NCBI GenBank assembly: GCA_964574995.1
Contig: CAZNPF010000004.1
Span: forward strand, 34,694-98,693
DNA: 64,000 bases
Reading direction: 5' to 3'
Source: an uncultured Pseudomonadales bacterium
GTDB lineage: Bacteria > Pseudomonadota > Gammaproteobacteria > Pseudomonadales > JADFDG01
A program made the translations under genes and the position numbers. Shown here piece after piece: positions 1 through 9,748 of this stretch. Each line of letters opens with the position of its first letter. Position 1 is the first letter of the stretch. Below the pieces are notes generated by a model. That model was not told the DNA's origin. It was given only the letters and a program-made list of their open reading frames with translations, and made no database searches.

Positions 1-202
1 CGTGACAGCCTTCGCGGATGTAAATATCGCGGCCTTCCAACTCCACCGCGTTGTAAGGCTTGAGGCCTTCAATGGGTGTCGTGGTTTCTTTGATAAACAT
101 CAGCGGAACAATTTCCGCGAGGCCGCCAAAACTACACGCGATCAGCGTGAGCACGATCAGAAGGCCAACTTTCTTTTCGACGATAGCGTGGGAGTTTGCC
201 AT
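1..202 (-). CDS. ccoO: cbb3-type cytochrome c oxidase subunit CcoO, N-terminal 67 codons (gene runs off the left edge)
   Basis: Absent from the supplied track because it has no stop in the window. Reverse translation from the ATG at 202..200 gives MANSHAIVEKKVGLLIVLTLIACSFGGLAEIVPLMFIKETTTPIEGLKPYNAVELEGRDIYIREGCH. This is an N-terminal TM anchor followed by the start of the heme-c site. It lies 26 nt downstream of the ccoN stop. Confidence 0.85.
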   Translation of the reverse strand, partial: MANSHAIVEKKVGLLIVLTLIACSFGGLAEIVPLMFIKETTTPIEGLKPYNAVELEGRDIYIREGCH

Positions 203-228
203 GACTTGAAAATCCTCTGCTTATCGTC

Positions 229-1671
229 TCAGGCGTACTGGGTCTGACCAGCTGCCGGCTGTTTGTCACCGGACTGCTGAACAGTTTTCCATGTGTTGTA
301 GGCCATGATGATCATGCCGGCCAGATAGAGCAGGCCGCCGACCATGCGCATCACGTAATACGGCCAGTTAGCGTGTAGTGCTTCAACAAAGGAGTAGGTG
401 AGGGTGCCGTCTGGGTTAATTGCACGCCACATCAGACCTTGCTGAATACCGGCAATCCACATAGCCGTGATGTACAGAATGGTGCCGATCGTCGCGAGCC
501 AGAAATGCGCTTCAATCAACTTGATGCTGTACATCTGCTGAAGGCCCAGTACACGCGGCAGCATGACGTACAGGGAGCCAAAGGAAATCATGGCAACCCA
601 GCCCAGCGCGCCCGAGTGAACGTGACCAACAGTCCAGTCGGTGTAGTGTGAGAGTGCGTTGACAGTTTTGATGGCCATCATGGGGCCTTCAAAGGTCGAC
701 ATACCGTAGAAGGACAAAGCAACGATCATGAAACGTAGGATCGGATCGGTGCGCAATTTATGCCAAACGCCCGAGAGGGTCATGATGCCGTTGATCATGC
801 CGCCCCAGCTGGGTGCCAACAGAACCAACGAGAACACCATACCGACAGACTGCGTCCAGTTTGGCAGAGCGGTGTAGTGCAAGTGGTGTGAGCCGGCCCA
901 CATGTAAACCGAAATCAGCGCCCAGAAGTGAACGATCGACAGACGATAGGAGTAAACCGGGCGGCCTGCTTGCACAGGTACGAAGTAATACATCATCCCG
1001 AGGAAGCCGGCGGTCAGGAAGAAACCGACCGAGTTGTGCCCATACCACCACTGCACCATGGCATCGACGGCACCCGCGTAAGCCGAGTAAGACTTGGTGA
1101 GCGTGGCGGGAACTGCGGCGCTGTTGAAGATGTGCAGCAGCGCAACGGCGATGATGAAGCCACCATAGAACCAGTTGGCTACATAGATGTGCTCAACTTT
1201 GCGCTTGGCAATCGTGCCAAAGAACACCACGGCATAAGAAATCCACACGGCGGCGATCAACAGGTCAATCGGCCACTCGAGTTCTGCGTATTCCTTGCTG
1301 CTGGTCATGCCTAACGGCAGCGTGATGGCCGCAGCCACAATCACCGCTTGCCAGCCCCAGAAGGTGAACTCCGCCAGCCAAGGGAACGCGAGGCGTGCCT
1401 GGCTGGTGCGCTGCACCACGTAATAAGAGGTTGCGAATAATGCACAGCCGCCAAAGGCAAAGATCACGGCGTTGGTGTGCAGAGGACGTAAACGACCGAA
1501 ATGAGTCCAGGGCAGGTCAAAGTTCAGCGCAGGAAAAGCCAGTTGGGCGGCGATCCATACGCCCATGGCCATGCCGAACACACCCCAGACAACGGCCATG
1601 ATGCCGAAACGTCGTGGTATCGAATAGTTATAGTCAGAGTCAGCAAGCGGTGCTGCGTCAGAGTGGCTCAT
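229..1671 (-). CDS. ccoN: cbb3-type cytochrome c oxidase subunit I (CcoN)
   Basis: Polytopic heme-copper oxidase sequence ([53 protein letters not shown]) followed by ccoO. I chose the internal ATG at 1671 (MSHSD...), giving 480 aa. The track ORF extends to 1695. Confidence 0.9.
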   Translation of the reverse strand: MSHSDAAPLADSDYNYSIPRRFGIMAVVWGVFGMAMGVWIAAQLAFPALNFDLPWTHFGRLRPLHTNAVIFAFGGCALFATSYYVVQRTSQARLAFPWLAEFTFWGWQAVIVAAAITLPLGMTSSKEYAELEWPIDLLIAAVWISYAVVFFGTIAKRKVEHIYVANWFYGGFIIAVALLHIFNSAAVPATLTKSYSAYAGAVDAMVQWWYGHNSVGFFLTAGFLGMMYYFVPVQAGRPVYSYRLSIVHFWALISVYMWAGSHHLHYTALPNWTQSVGMVFSLVLLAPSWGGMINGIMTLSGVWHKLRTDPILRFMIVALSFYGMSTFEGPMMAIKTVNALSHYTDWTVGHVHSGALGWVAMISFGSLYVMLPRVLGLQQMYSIKLIEAHFWLATIGTILYITAMWIAGIQQGLMWRAINPDGTLTYSFVEALHANWPYYVMRMVGGLLYLAGMIIMAYNTWKTVQQSGDKQPAAGQTQYA

Positions 1672-2145
1672 GTGTCTGTCTTCCAGGTAAACCATCGGGA
1701 AGGCTCAAAAAAACCGTCTGAAGGCCGGTTTTTAGCGGGTGCGATCATACGAGCGCATGTCCCTACATTCAACCTGACTTTTGGCTAATTTTGAGTCTCT
1801 GCTTCAGAGTGGCAGCGGGCCGGAGCTAGGCGGCGTGCGGCTGGTATGGAGACCGGCGGCTTTAGATTGATTGTCGCGCGGTGTTGATCATTGATTGAAC
1901 TGGCTTGTTATAAAACGCGAAGCGTTTTTTTGTGTTACCTCGTCGGCGGTACGAAGGTTCAACAGATTCTTGGCCTGACGTGTTACTAGCGGTGCTGTAT
2001 TCCATGCTGATTGTCAGCACAAAGCTCTAGGGCTTCGCGTGATGTGCCTCGATGAAAAGCGCCGAGCCCCGAACTGAATCCTTTCGGGAAAAATGACCCC
2101 CAAAGGATTCGCATAATGTATATTATGTTAAATAAAATGACAGTC

Positions 2146-2358
2146 TTAACTGGCTGCCTTCGGCGACTGGTAATCCCCTTGAATCGGGTACGCACCTCCC
2201 TTGCCGTCCATCCACCGCACGCCGGTCGGCTTGCGGTACTTGAGCTGCACCAGTGCTGACGCCTCGACTCGGCCTTCGTCGCGGTAGAACTGTAACGGCT
2301 GCAGCTCGGCGATCTGTTCCGGCGTGATGCCCAGCTCGGCCGCCATCCTGCGCTGCAT
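2146..2358 (-). CDS. hypothetical small protein (70 aa)
   Basis: ORF only, with no recognisable motif. The in-frame upstream stretch has no ATG. It is flanked on both sides by AT-rich DNA. Confidence 0.3.
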   Translation of the reverse strand: MQRRMAAELGITPEQIAELQPLQFYRDEGRVEASALVQLKYRKPTGVRWMDGKGGAYPIQGDYQSPKAAS

Positions 2359-2550
2359 GGCCGCGCCTTTCTGATGACCGATGTGCTTAATGTGCGCGGA
2401 TCGACGTAGGCCTTGCTGACATCTCGCAGCGCGGAAGAAAATAGATAGATAATCTTCTTTTTATTCAAATGGTTAAAATTATTTTTTAAAGTAAAATAGC
2501 AGCATGTTTTGACGATGTCGCAGGCGCCTAGCAGCCATCAAAACTGTTTA

Positions 2551-3225
2551 TCAGGCGCGAAATGCCAGCCAGATCCAGTGCCGCGCGCCTTTATTACCGT
2601 GCGCGCGCACAGGGATCTCTTCGATCTTCATACCGGTTTGCCGTAAGCGCTTGGTAAAGCGGGCATCCGGGCCGGCCGACCATACTGCGAGGTAGCCACC
2701 GGAACGCAGTGCTGCTTTGGCAACGGCCAATCCCGCATCAGAGTAGAGCCAGTCGTTGGCGCGACGAGTCAGCCCCTCGGGGCCGTTGTCCACATCCAGC
2801 AGAATGCCGTCAAAACCACCCTGTTCTTCGCGCAGCACCTGCCCGACATCCTGCAACTTCACCTGCACGCGCGCATCCTGCAGCGGGTTGCCAGCGAACC
2901 CTCCGAGCACCCCACGATTCCATTCGACGACGCCAGGCACCAGCTCAGCGACTACCACTTCTGCGTTCTCACCGAGATGCTTGAGCGTGGCGGCCAGCGT
3001 AAAGCCTATGCCGAGCCCTCCGACCAGCACGCGCGGTTTGAGGCGGCCTGCGACTTTTGGGCAGACGATGCGCGCCAATGCGTCTTCAGAGCCATGCATT
3101 CGCGTCGACATCAATTCGCCGCCCAGCCCAGCAAGGCGTATCGAATAGTCATCGCCGCGACGGAATAAACGCAATTCGCCACCGCCTGGAATGGCGGCAA
3201 CGTCGATCAATTCCATGCGGTTCAT
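2551..3225 (-). CDS. spermidine-synthase-like (SpeE-fold) methyl/aminopropyltransferase family protein
   Basis: Rossmann GxGxG motif VLVGGLGIGFT, acidic motif LLDVDNGP, and size and N-terminal pattern typical of short SpeE-like proteins. Confidence 0.65.
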   Translation of the reverse strand: MNRMELIDVAAIPGGGELRLFRRGDDYSIRLAGLGGELMSTRMHGSEDALARIVCPKVAGRLKPRVLVGGLGIGFTLAATLKHLGENAEVVVAELVPGVVEWNRGVLGGFAGNPLQDARVQVKLQDVGQVLREEQGGFDGILLDVDNGPEGLTRRANDWLYSDAGLAVAKAALRSGGYLAVWSAGPDARFTKRLRQTGMKIEEIPVRAHGNKGARHWIWLAFRA

Positions 3226-3252
3226 ATCAGTGTGCTTTACGTGGTAAGAAAT

Positions 3253-3750
3253 TTAACGTGGCGAAAAATACGAAGTGCTGTCACTGCACAATAATTTTTC
3301 CAGGCGCAACGCATCAGCGCCATCCTCATAAAAACCGGGATAACGGCCAAAGACGTGATAACCGTGTCTTTCGTACAAGCGCAAGGCGCCGATGTTGTCC
3401 GGCCGAACTTCGAGTCGCAACGTGTTACGCCCTACCCTCATCGTCGCTTGTTCCGCCGCAGCCAAGAGCGCATCACCCACGCCAATGCCACGCGCGCTTG
3501 CGCTGACAGCAATGGAATACAAGCGACCGGCTTTCGTGTTGGCACGATAGAGAACCAGCACATAGCCTGCGAATACATCGGATTTTTCGGCGATCAACAA
3601 CGTGCTTCGCCCGTCGCGCAAGAATCGACGGAAATAACGTGCTGGAATCTGATCCGTAGTGAAGCTGTGTGTTTCCAGCGCTTCGAGTGCGGGTACATCA
3701 GAAAGCAAGGCAGGCCGTATCGTCAGGCCGGATGATGATGAAAAACTCAT
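3253..3750 (-). CDS. GNAT family N-acetyltransferase
   Basis: Acetyl-CoA binding motif IAVSASARGIGVGDALL followed by LEVRPDNIGALRLYERHGY. Its start overlaps the stop of the upstream gene (ATGA). Confidence 0.8.
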   Translation of the reverse strand: MSFSSSSGLTIRPALLSDVPALEALETHSFTTDQIPARYFRRFLRDGRSTLLIAEKSDVFAGYVLVLYRANTKAGRLYSIAVSASARGIGVGDALLAAAEQATMRVGRNTLRLEVRPDNIGALRLYERHGYHVFGRYPGFYEDGADALRLEKLLCSDSTSYFSPR

Positions 3751-4895
3751 GCGTCAGAAGCTTCCGCAGTGCCGAATTTTGCTAATCCTGCGAGCGCTTG
3801 CGCGATAACTTGACGCGCGCGAAACAGCACCAATTCGCGCCAATCTCGACGTGGTGGGCAGAAATGTTCCCGTAGTGCCTGCTTCACGTGTTGAACATGC
3901 GGATCGTTCCAGTCGACCGAGTTATGCGCATGAAGCAGATGATCGGCGCGCAGCACAGCGAGCATATTAGCGAAACTGTCGGTACCACATTCCAACGTCA
4001 CAAAGCACAACTTTTCACCGAATTCGCGCTCCCACCAGCTATCCACCAAGCCGTCCTTGACGCCAGAAATGGAATTGCCGCGATGAGGTTCAGTCACGGA
4101 TGGGCCAAAAACTTGCCGCGCCGTGGCGATACCGTGTGAACCGGGTGGATGATCACAGATCAATTCACCGTAACCATAGGGGCCGATGCCGGTATGTAAG
4201 TCGATATGCAACAGGCGTTGACGTTCATGCAATCCGTATCGTTTGACGATGTCAGCCAATGTTCGTCGCGACCAGCTCGGGCGGGTGCCGCCGTAATAAA
4301 ACCCCGACGGATGCTGGAACTGCCCACGTGATACGGCTGCTTCGTAGGCGGCCTGCCCCAATCGCTGCCGCGTGACTTCTAGTTTGGCGTCGGCCTCCAT
4401 CAGATCGCGTGTGTTCGAAGAGGCTGGCAGAAGTGCGTCGGCCAGCTCGTTGTAAAGCGCATTGACGGGCAGCGGCGCATCAAAATCGATGAAATTGCGA
4501 TTGAGGTCGACGCCCTCTTCGTTGCTGCGTCGCAGCCAAGCAAATCCCCAGGGATTGATGGCATGGATGCACAGCACGGCGACGTCGGCAGGTAATTGTG
4601 TTGCCGGGAACTGCAAAATCGCATCGCACTGTATCGCTGAGCCCGCAAAGCCCTCGACGCCGTGCAGGCCAGACTGAAGCACGAGCACCCGCGAGGCATT
4701 AGCTGGGCCAATCCAGGCGGTATCGGTTGCGAGTGCGCCGCCATCCGGTGCGGACAACGGGTGGGGAAACGAGTCACGAGTGGCGCCAGCCCGCTTAGCC
4801 AGCATCCCGAAACGCGCCCGCGACGTGGCGTAATTATCGGCAAACAGGTCGACGTTGAACGTGGCGACGGGTGTGGTCTGGGCTTCAAGAGACAT
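3747..4895 (-). CDS. M14 carboxypeptidase-fold metallopeptidase-like protein (DUF2817-like)
   Basis: Zinc-ligand-like motifs GLHGVEGFAG (HxxE) and HIDLHTG, plus DLNRNF. I chose the ATG at 4895 (MSLEAQ...). The longer track ORF to 4976 has an implausible N-terminus. Confidence 0.7.
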   Translation of the reverse strand: MSLEAQTTPVATFNVDLFADNYATSRARFGMLAKRAGATRDSFPHPLSAPDGGALATDTAWIGPANASRVLVLQSGLHGVEGFAGSAIQCDAILQFPATQLPADVAVLCIHAINPWGFAWLRRSNEEGVDLNRNFIDFDAPLPVNALYNELADALLPASSNTRDLMEADAKLEVTRQRLGQAAYEAAVSRGQFQHPSGFYYGGTRPSWSRRTLADIVKRYGLHERQRLLHIDLHTGIGPYGYGELICDHPPGSHGIATARQVFGPSVTEPHRGNSISGVKDGLVDSWWEREFGEKLCFVTLECGTDSFANMLAVLRADHLLHAHNSVDWNDPHVQHVKQALREHFCPPRRDWRELVLFRARQVIAQALAGLAKFGTAEASDA

Positions 4896-5033
4896 GTCGG
4901 AACGATAAGGGCGTGGCAGGAAATAATCGAGGCAAAGATAAACCGGATAGACGACGCTGACGCCTTGCCCCACCATACGCGCGCCGCAGGTTTATTGCGG
5001 CAGCATGGGCCACGGGGGGCCGCGCCAGCACAT

Positions 5034-6509
5034 ATGTCGAAACTCATTATCGTCGTCGACAACGTTCAGGACTGGAAGGCGTACTACCCCAGTGAAGACC
5101 TGATTACGGTTCAGGACTACATCGCGCGCAGCGGCACTTACGACGCGTCGCGCACACAGGTGATCAACCTCTGCAATAGTTACCGTTACCTCTCCAATGG
5201 TTACTACTGCTCGCTACTCGCGGAGGCACGCGATCAACGTGTTATTCCATCTGTACGCACCATCAACGATCTGCGTAACAAGAGCATCTATAGCTTAGAC
5301 ATCGAGGACCTAAACGAGGATCTCGGCAAGCTGCTGAAAAAGAATGAGCCGCAAGACAAATTCACGCTGAAGTTGTTTTTTGGGCAGACAGATTTCGAGC
5401 CGCTGGAAGATCTGGCTCGATCGTTATTCGAACAATATGCGTGCCCTATTCTGGTCGTCGAATTCAAGAAAACTGACGGTTGGATGATCGAATCAATCAA
5501 GTCAGGGGCATTAAGCGCACTTACCGAGCCAGAAGAAGATCGTTTCGCTGCTGCGTTGGATCATTTCTCACGGAAAATCTGGCGCAAACCGCGTTCGCGG
5601 AAAAAATATCGCTACGACCTGGCCATCCTCGTGAATCGCGAAGAAACGATGCCACCATCCGATGCCAAGGCGATTGCCACCTTCATGCGCGTAGGCCGCA
5701 CGTTGGGCATGGACATCGACTTGATTGAAAAGCGCGATTTTGCTCGGCTGGCCGAATATGACGCGCTGTTCATCCGCGAAACCACCGCGACCAATAACCA
5801 CACGTATCGCTTTGCTAAAAAGGCTGAAAGCGAAGACATGGTGGTGATCGATGATCCGGAATCCATTCTGAAATGCACCAATAAGGTGTATCTGGCAGAT
5901 TTGCTCAAGGCCAACGGGGTGCCGATACCCAAGACGTCAATCATCAGCCGTGATCGGCGCAAAGACTTGGATACGCTGGGCGGCGAGCTCGGGTTTCCGC
6001 TGGTACTGAAGATCCCTGACGGTTCTTTTTCGCGAGGTATCGTCAAGGTAAATAGTCAACAAGAGTTGGTTGAACAGGCGGATATTCTGTTCAAGCAATC
6101 ATCATTGATTCTGGCGCAGGAATTCTTTTACACCGAATACGATTGGCGTATCGGAGTTCTCAACCAGCGACCAATCTTTGCATGCCAATATCAAATGGCT
6201 CGTGGACACTGGCAAATCTATGCGCATCAGCCTTCAGGGAAAACCATCAGCGGCGATTCACGAACGATGCCGGTGCGTGATGCGCCCGCCGCCGTGGTGC
6301 GTGCCGCACTGAAAGCAGCCAACTTGATTGGCAGCGGTTTCTACGGTGTGGATGTGAAGCAGGCCGATAACAAAGTGGCCGTGATTGAGGTCAACGATAA
6401 CCCGAGTATTGATTTCGGGATTGAAGACGCTTACCTCGGAGAAGACCTCTACCGCATCATCCTTGAAGAATTCATTCGCCGGCTAGAACGCAAGCGAATG
6501 GGTTTCTAA
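5034..6509 (+). CDS. RimK-type ATP-grasp ligase with a RimK-like N-terminal domain
   Basis: ATP-grasp motifs GFPLVLKIPDGSFSRGI and VAVIEVNDNPS. The N-terminal domain reads MSKLIIVVDNVQDWKAYYP...NSYRYLSNGYYCSLLAE. The ATG at 5034 is confirmed in the DNA. The track ORF starting at 4662 would overlap the divergent M14 gene. Confidence 0.8.
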   Translation: MSKLIIVVDNVQDWKAYYPSEDLITVQDYIARSGTYDASRTQVINLCNSYRYLSNGYYCSLLAEARDQRVIPSVRTINDLRNKSIYSLDIEDLNEDLGKLLKKNEPQDKFTLKLFFGQTDFEPLEDLARSLFEQYACPILVVEFKKTDGWMIESIKSGALSALTEPEEDRFAAALDHFSRKIWRKPRSRKKYRYDLAILVNREETMPPSDAKAIATFMRVGRTLGMDIDLIEKRDFARLAEYDALFIRETTATNNHTYRFAKKAESEDMVVIDDPESILKCTNKVYLADLLKANGVPIPKTSIISRDRRKDLDTLGGELGFPLVLKIPDGSFSRGIVKVNSQQELVEQADILFKQSSLILAQEFFYTEYDWRIGVLNQRPIFACQYQMARGHWQIYAHQPSGKTISGDSRTMPVRDAPAAVVRAALKAANLIGSGFYGVDVKQADNKVAVIEVNDNPSIDFGIEDAYLGEDLYRIILEEFIRRLERKRMGF

Positions 6510-6524
6510 ATTGTTGGGAAGACT

Positions 6525-7367
6525 CTAACGCTTGCTGAGCGCGCGTCGCCACAGCGGCAGCGTATCGTCATTGGCACGGATGATCTTCATCTGCGCAATC
6601 ATCGATTCGATGGCGGCCTGCGTTTCACGACGCAGCTCCCACTGCACTTCCTTTTCGTCTGCGCGGCCCGCCCAGCGGGTAGTGTCGATAGGTTTTCCGA
6701 ACATGAAATAGAAGCGTTGCGGGCGAGGAAGCCTTGTTCCAAGCATTCCTTTGGTGACCGGCATGAAGATATCACCGTCGCGAAGAAACTTTGCCACGGC
6801 TTTGTTTTTTAGCAGCGCTTTTCCCCAGCGGGAAGCCATGAAGTCTTCTGCGTCATAGATGATATCGAACATGTCGTCAGCGCCCAGCGACGCAAAAGGA
6901 ATGATTGGGTACTGATGTTCAATGGCAATTTTTGCGAATCCGGTCCGCTGCTTCCAAGTTAAACGATTTTCTTCACCGCGCCGCTTGGCGACTTCGCGAG
7001 CGCCCCCGGGGAAAACCAACACATGTTGGCCGCTGCTCATCAGGGCATGACAATTTTCTGGCGTACCTGGCACGGATCCATATTTCAGTAATGCTTCCCC
7101 CCAGAGGGGAACTTTGAAATGGTAGTGATCGCCCAGCGAGCGCACGTAAACGCCCGTTTTTTCATACAGACCGCCAAATAGCACGGGCGAATCGATGATG
7201 CCGTAGATCGTGTGATTGCCTACATATAAACCGGGACGATCAGGATGCACGTTCTCCAAGCCAAACCAACGTGGCGAGAACCAACGATAAAGCGGACGTA
7301 AGCCGCGACGCACGAAGTCTTGTGGGGGTGGCGTAAACACGGTCAGATCATGCAGATGCTTTGACAT
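6525..7367 (-). CDS. lysophospholipid/glycerolipid acyltransferase family protein
   Basis: HX4D acyltransferase motif NHTIYGIID and FPGGAREV block. Confidence 0.7.
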   Translation of the reverse strand: MSKHLHDLTVFTPPPQDFVRRGLRPLYRWFSPRWFGLENVHPDRPGLYVGNHTIYGIIDSPVLFGGLYEKTGVYVRSLGDHYHFKVPLWGEALLKYGSVPGTPENCHALMSSGQHVLVFPGGAREVAKRRGEENRLTWKQRTGFAKIAIEHQYPIIPFASLGADDMFDIIYDAEDFMASRWGKALLKNKAVAKFLRDGDIFMPVTKGMLGTRLPRPQRFYFMFGKPIDTTRWAGRADEKEVQWELRRETQAAIESMIAQMKIIRANDDTLPLWRRALSKR

Positions 7368-7441
7368 GAAACGATACTTCCCATTATTCGTTTTCGCAAA
7401 ACGGGTACTAACAACTGATACGTCGCGGATGTCGTATATCG

Positions 7442-7636
7442 TCAGCGTTTCTTCTTGGGCTTTTTCTTTCGTGGGGCCGCCGGTTTATCTTTCCAGCCCA
7501 TGACATCGTGGAATCGTTTTGCTAATTCGCCTTCAGCGCGGTCTTGCCGAATGGCCATCATCTTGTCACGCGTGCGTGCGAGACTAATGATCTCAGCGGG
7601 TTGATCAGGGCTGTTCGTTTTCGACGCATCACTCAT
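7442..7636 (-). CDS. small basic hypothetical protein (64 aa, Lys-rich C-terminus)
   Basis: ORF whose start overlaps the MFS gene stop by 4 nt, suggesting translational coupling. No recognisable motif. Confidence 0.4.
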   Translation of the reverse strand: MSDASKTNSPDQPAEIISLARTRDKMMAIRQDRAEGELAKRFHDVMGWKDKPAAPRKKKPKKKR

Positions 7637-8847
7637 GGCGCGTTGGAATCCGATGGCTCGTGGCGAAAAACGCGAACGCTATAAACGATCAATGGCACAA
7701 AGCATACCGCAATAAATAAATAGGGCCAGCGCGCATCGGCTTGATACAGCGCAGTACCGGCCAGCGGCCCAACGATGTAACCCAATGCAGGTACTGCCGA
7801 CACCAGCCCGGCCACGGCACCCTGCTCATGCGCACCGACTGCGCGGCTGGCTGATGCGCTGTAACCGGGCCCTGCCAGCCCCACGCCACAACCGGTTGCA
7901 ATCATTGCCAGCGTCACCATCACAAGGCCGTTGGCCAGAACCATCAATAATGCGCCCACGAGAACCAGCGGCAACCCGACCAGAATCAGCCGCTGCGCTG
8001 ACCAGCGCTGTCGAACGGCGACAATCTGTGCTGATAACGATGCTGCCGCACCAGCCATCATGATCAGGCCCGCCATACGCGCCACGTCGCGTGTACTTTT
8101 TACCGATAACTGATCTTGTAAATAGAATCCCAGCGTTTGTTGCAACACCGAAAATGCGATGTAAATAAAAACGCCGATCAGAAGGTACGGAAATACTCGC
8201 GCATCAAAATACCCTGGCCCGTCTACCGTGCGTTTTATGTCATCTGATGACGATGCGATGCGTGGCGCTTCTGGGAGCCATTGCCACAGAGCAAATGCAG
8301 TCATCAGCGTAATGGCAGCGGCGATATACAACGGCGCCAGTAGGCTGAACATCGCCAGTAGGCCACCGATGGCGGGCCCTAAGATTGTTCCCAAATTATG
8401 GGCGGCACTCACGCGCCCCATGCCAGCGGTGCGTTCTTCGCGTGTGGTGATATCGGCGATGTAAGCCGTCGCGGCCGGTGATGTGGCGGCCATTACCGTT
8501 GACTGCAACATGCGCGCAATGATCAGCGCAATGAGTACGCTGCTGCCTACCAACCAGCCTTGCATACCGGCAAGAAAAACAGTCGCGAATAGCGTGGTAC
8601 CCACGCTATAGCCAATCAATCCGATCAACATGGTGCGTCGTCGCCCAAAGCGTTCACTGAAACGCCCCCATCGCGGGCTGGCGATGGAAAACACCACGCT
8701 GCTAGCGGCAATGATGAGGCCAACTCCAATCTCGGCCAACCCGACCTCGCGCGCCAGCGGTGCCAGAATTGCAAACACGATGGTCTGACCCATTCCGGTG
8801 GCAAAAAAGGCCAGCAATATCAACGGCAGTGGAGAAACGTTGGACAC
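7633..8847 (-). CDS. MFS transporter
   Basis: About 12 hydrophobic segments and the MFS loop motif GRFSERFGRRRTMLIG. Confidence 0.85.
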   Translation of the reverse strand: MSNVSPLPLILLAFFATGMGQTIVFAILAPLAREVGLAEIGVGLIIAASSVVFSIASPRWGRFSERFGRRRTMLIGLIGYSVGTTLFATVFLAGMQGWLVGSSVLIALIIARMLQSTVMAATSPAATAYIADITTREERTAGMGRVSAAHNLGTILGPAIGGLLAMFSLLAPLYIAAAITLMTAFALWQWLPEAPRIASSSDDIKRTVDGPGYFDARVFPYLLIGVFIYIAFSVLQQTLGFYLQDQLSVKSTRDVARMAGLIMMAGAAASLSAQIVAVRQRWSAQRLILVGLPLVLVGALLMVLANGLVMVTLAMIATGCGVGLAGPGYSASASRAVGAHEQGAVAGLVSAVPALGYIVGPLAGTALYQADARWPYLFIAVCFVPLIVYSVRVFRHEPSDSNAP

Positions 8848-8951
8848 GCAACAATTCCAGGATTCAGATCCGCAAGGCGCGCGATTATAGTCAGCCCTAT
8901 CATCAACCCGTGCGCTCTTTCACGACATCTTCGTCACGCCAAATAACCTGT

Positions 8952-9698
8952 ATGTCCCCTACCCTCACCGACTGGCTGGCCGACCAGCCATTTACGCTGA
9001 CGATGTCATCCGGCTTCTTTGGTTTCTTTGCGCACGCCGGCATGCTGTTGGCCTTGCATGAAGCGGGTCTCGTGCCGGCGCGCATCACCGGCTCCAGCGC
9101 CGGCGCACTGGTCGGCAGTTTGCGCGCGGCAGGTGTTAGTCCCCCCGCGATTGTTGAAGAGTTATGCAGACTGGATCGACGCGATTTTTGGGATCCGGCT
9201 TTGGGCTTAGGCCTGCTACGCGGTCAGTTGTTTCGCAAAAAACTGGCCTCGATTCTGCCGGTACAGCGTTTTGAAGATTGTGCGTTGCCGTTGGCGTTAT
9301 CCGTTCATCAATGGGCGGGACGACAAACACGCGTGATGACGCAAGGTGAGTTGGTGCCGGCCATCTATGCGTCTTGCGCTGTGCCCATTCTGTTTCAGCC
9401 GTTACGCATCGACGGCGTGCTCTGCGCGGATGGCGGCATTGCCGATCGTTGGGGGATGGCCGGCGTAACCGCGGGTGAGCGCGTTTTTTATCACCACCTC
9501 GGTTCGCGTTCACCGTGGCGGCGCGCGGATGATCCGGCTTTGAAAATGCCCATACGCAGCAATATGGCTACGCTGGAACTTCTGAGCCTTCCGCGCTCAG
9601 GGCCATCGAAATTGCAGCGCGGTCAAGAAATCATCGCACTGGCCCAGCAGAAAACCAGAACGGCACTGCAAGAACCTGTGAATACGAATTGCGGTTAA
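8952..9698 (+). CDS. patatin-like phospholipase
   Basis: Oxyanion and nucleophile motifs SSGFFGFFAHAG and GSSAG (GxSxG), plus the catalytic Asp in CADGGIAD. The ATG at 8952 is confirmed. The track ORF from 8760 overlaps the MFS gene. Confidence 0.8.
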   Translation: MSPTLTDWLADQPFTLTMSSGFFGFFAHAGMLLALHEAGLVPARITGSSAGALVGSLRAAGVSPPAIVEELCRLDRRDFWDPALGLGLLRGQLFRKKLASILPVQRFEDCALPLALSVHQWAGRQTRVMTQGELVPAIYASCAVPILFQPLRIDGVLCADGGIADRWGMAGVTAGERVFYHHLGSRSPWRRADDPALKMPIRSNMATLELLSLPRSGPSKLQRGQEIIALAQQKTRTALQEPVNTNCG

Positions 9699-9701
9699 GC
9701 A

Positions 9702-9731
9702 CCGTCACTACCGAATTATCGGTAGTGACGG
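9702..9731. terminator. perfect 13-bp stem-loop between convergent genes (no clear U-tract)
   Basis: CCGTCACTACCGA-ATTA-TCGGTAGTGACGG, located between the patatin stop (9698) and the di-iron gene stop (9749). Confidence 0.45.
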
Positions 9732-9748
9732 ATTGCTCATGTTAGTCG

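Noticed and set aside
1867-1897. Three TTGAT(T/C) half-sites upstream of ccoN, considered as an FNR/Anr box
   Set aside because: No copy has the TTGAT-N4-ATCAA dyad on either strand, so I cannot support an Anr site from the sequence alone.
1911-1932. AAAACGC-GAA-GCGTTTTTTT hairpin, considered as a terminator
   Set aside because: The stem has only 5-7 bp and is mostly A:T. No convincing upstream gene ends here.
4662-5033. N-terminal 124-codon extension of the RimK-like ORF, as given in the track
   Set aside because: It overlaps the divergent M14-like gene and has an Arg/Gly/Cys-rich shadow-frame composition. The conserved domain begins at the ATG at 5034.
8760-8951. N-terminal extension of the patatin ORF
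   Set aside because: It overlaps the 5' end of the MFS gene on the other strand. The patatin homology starts at MSPTL (8952).
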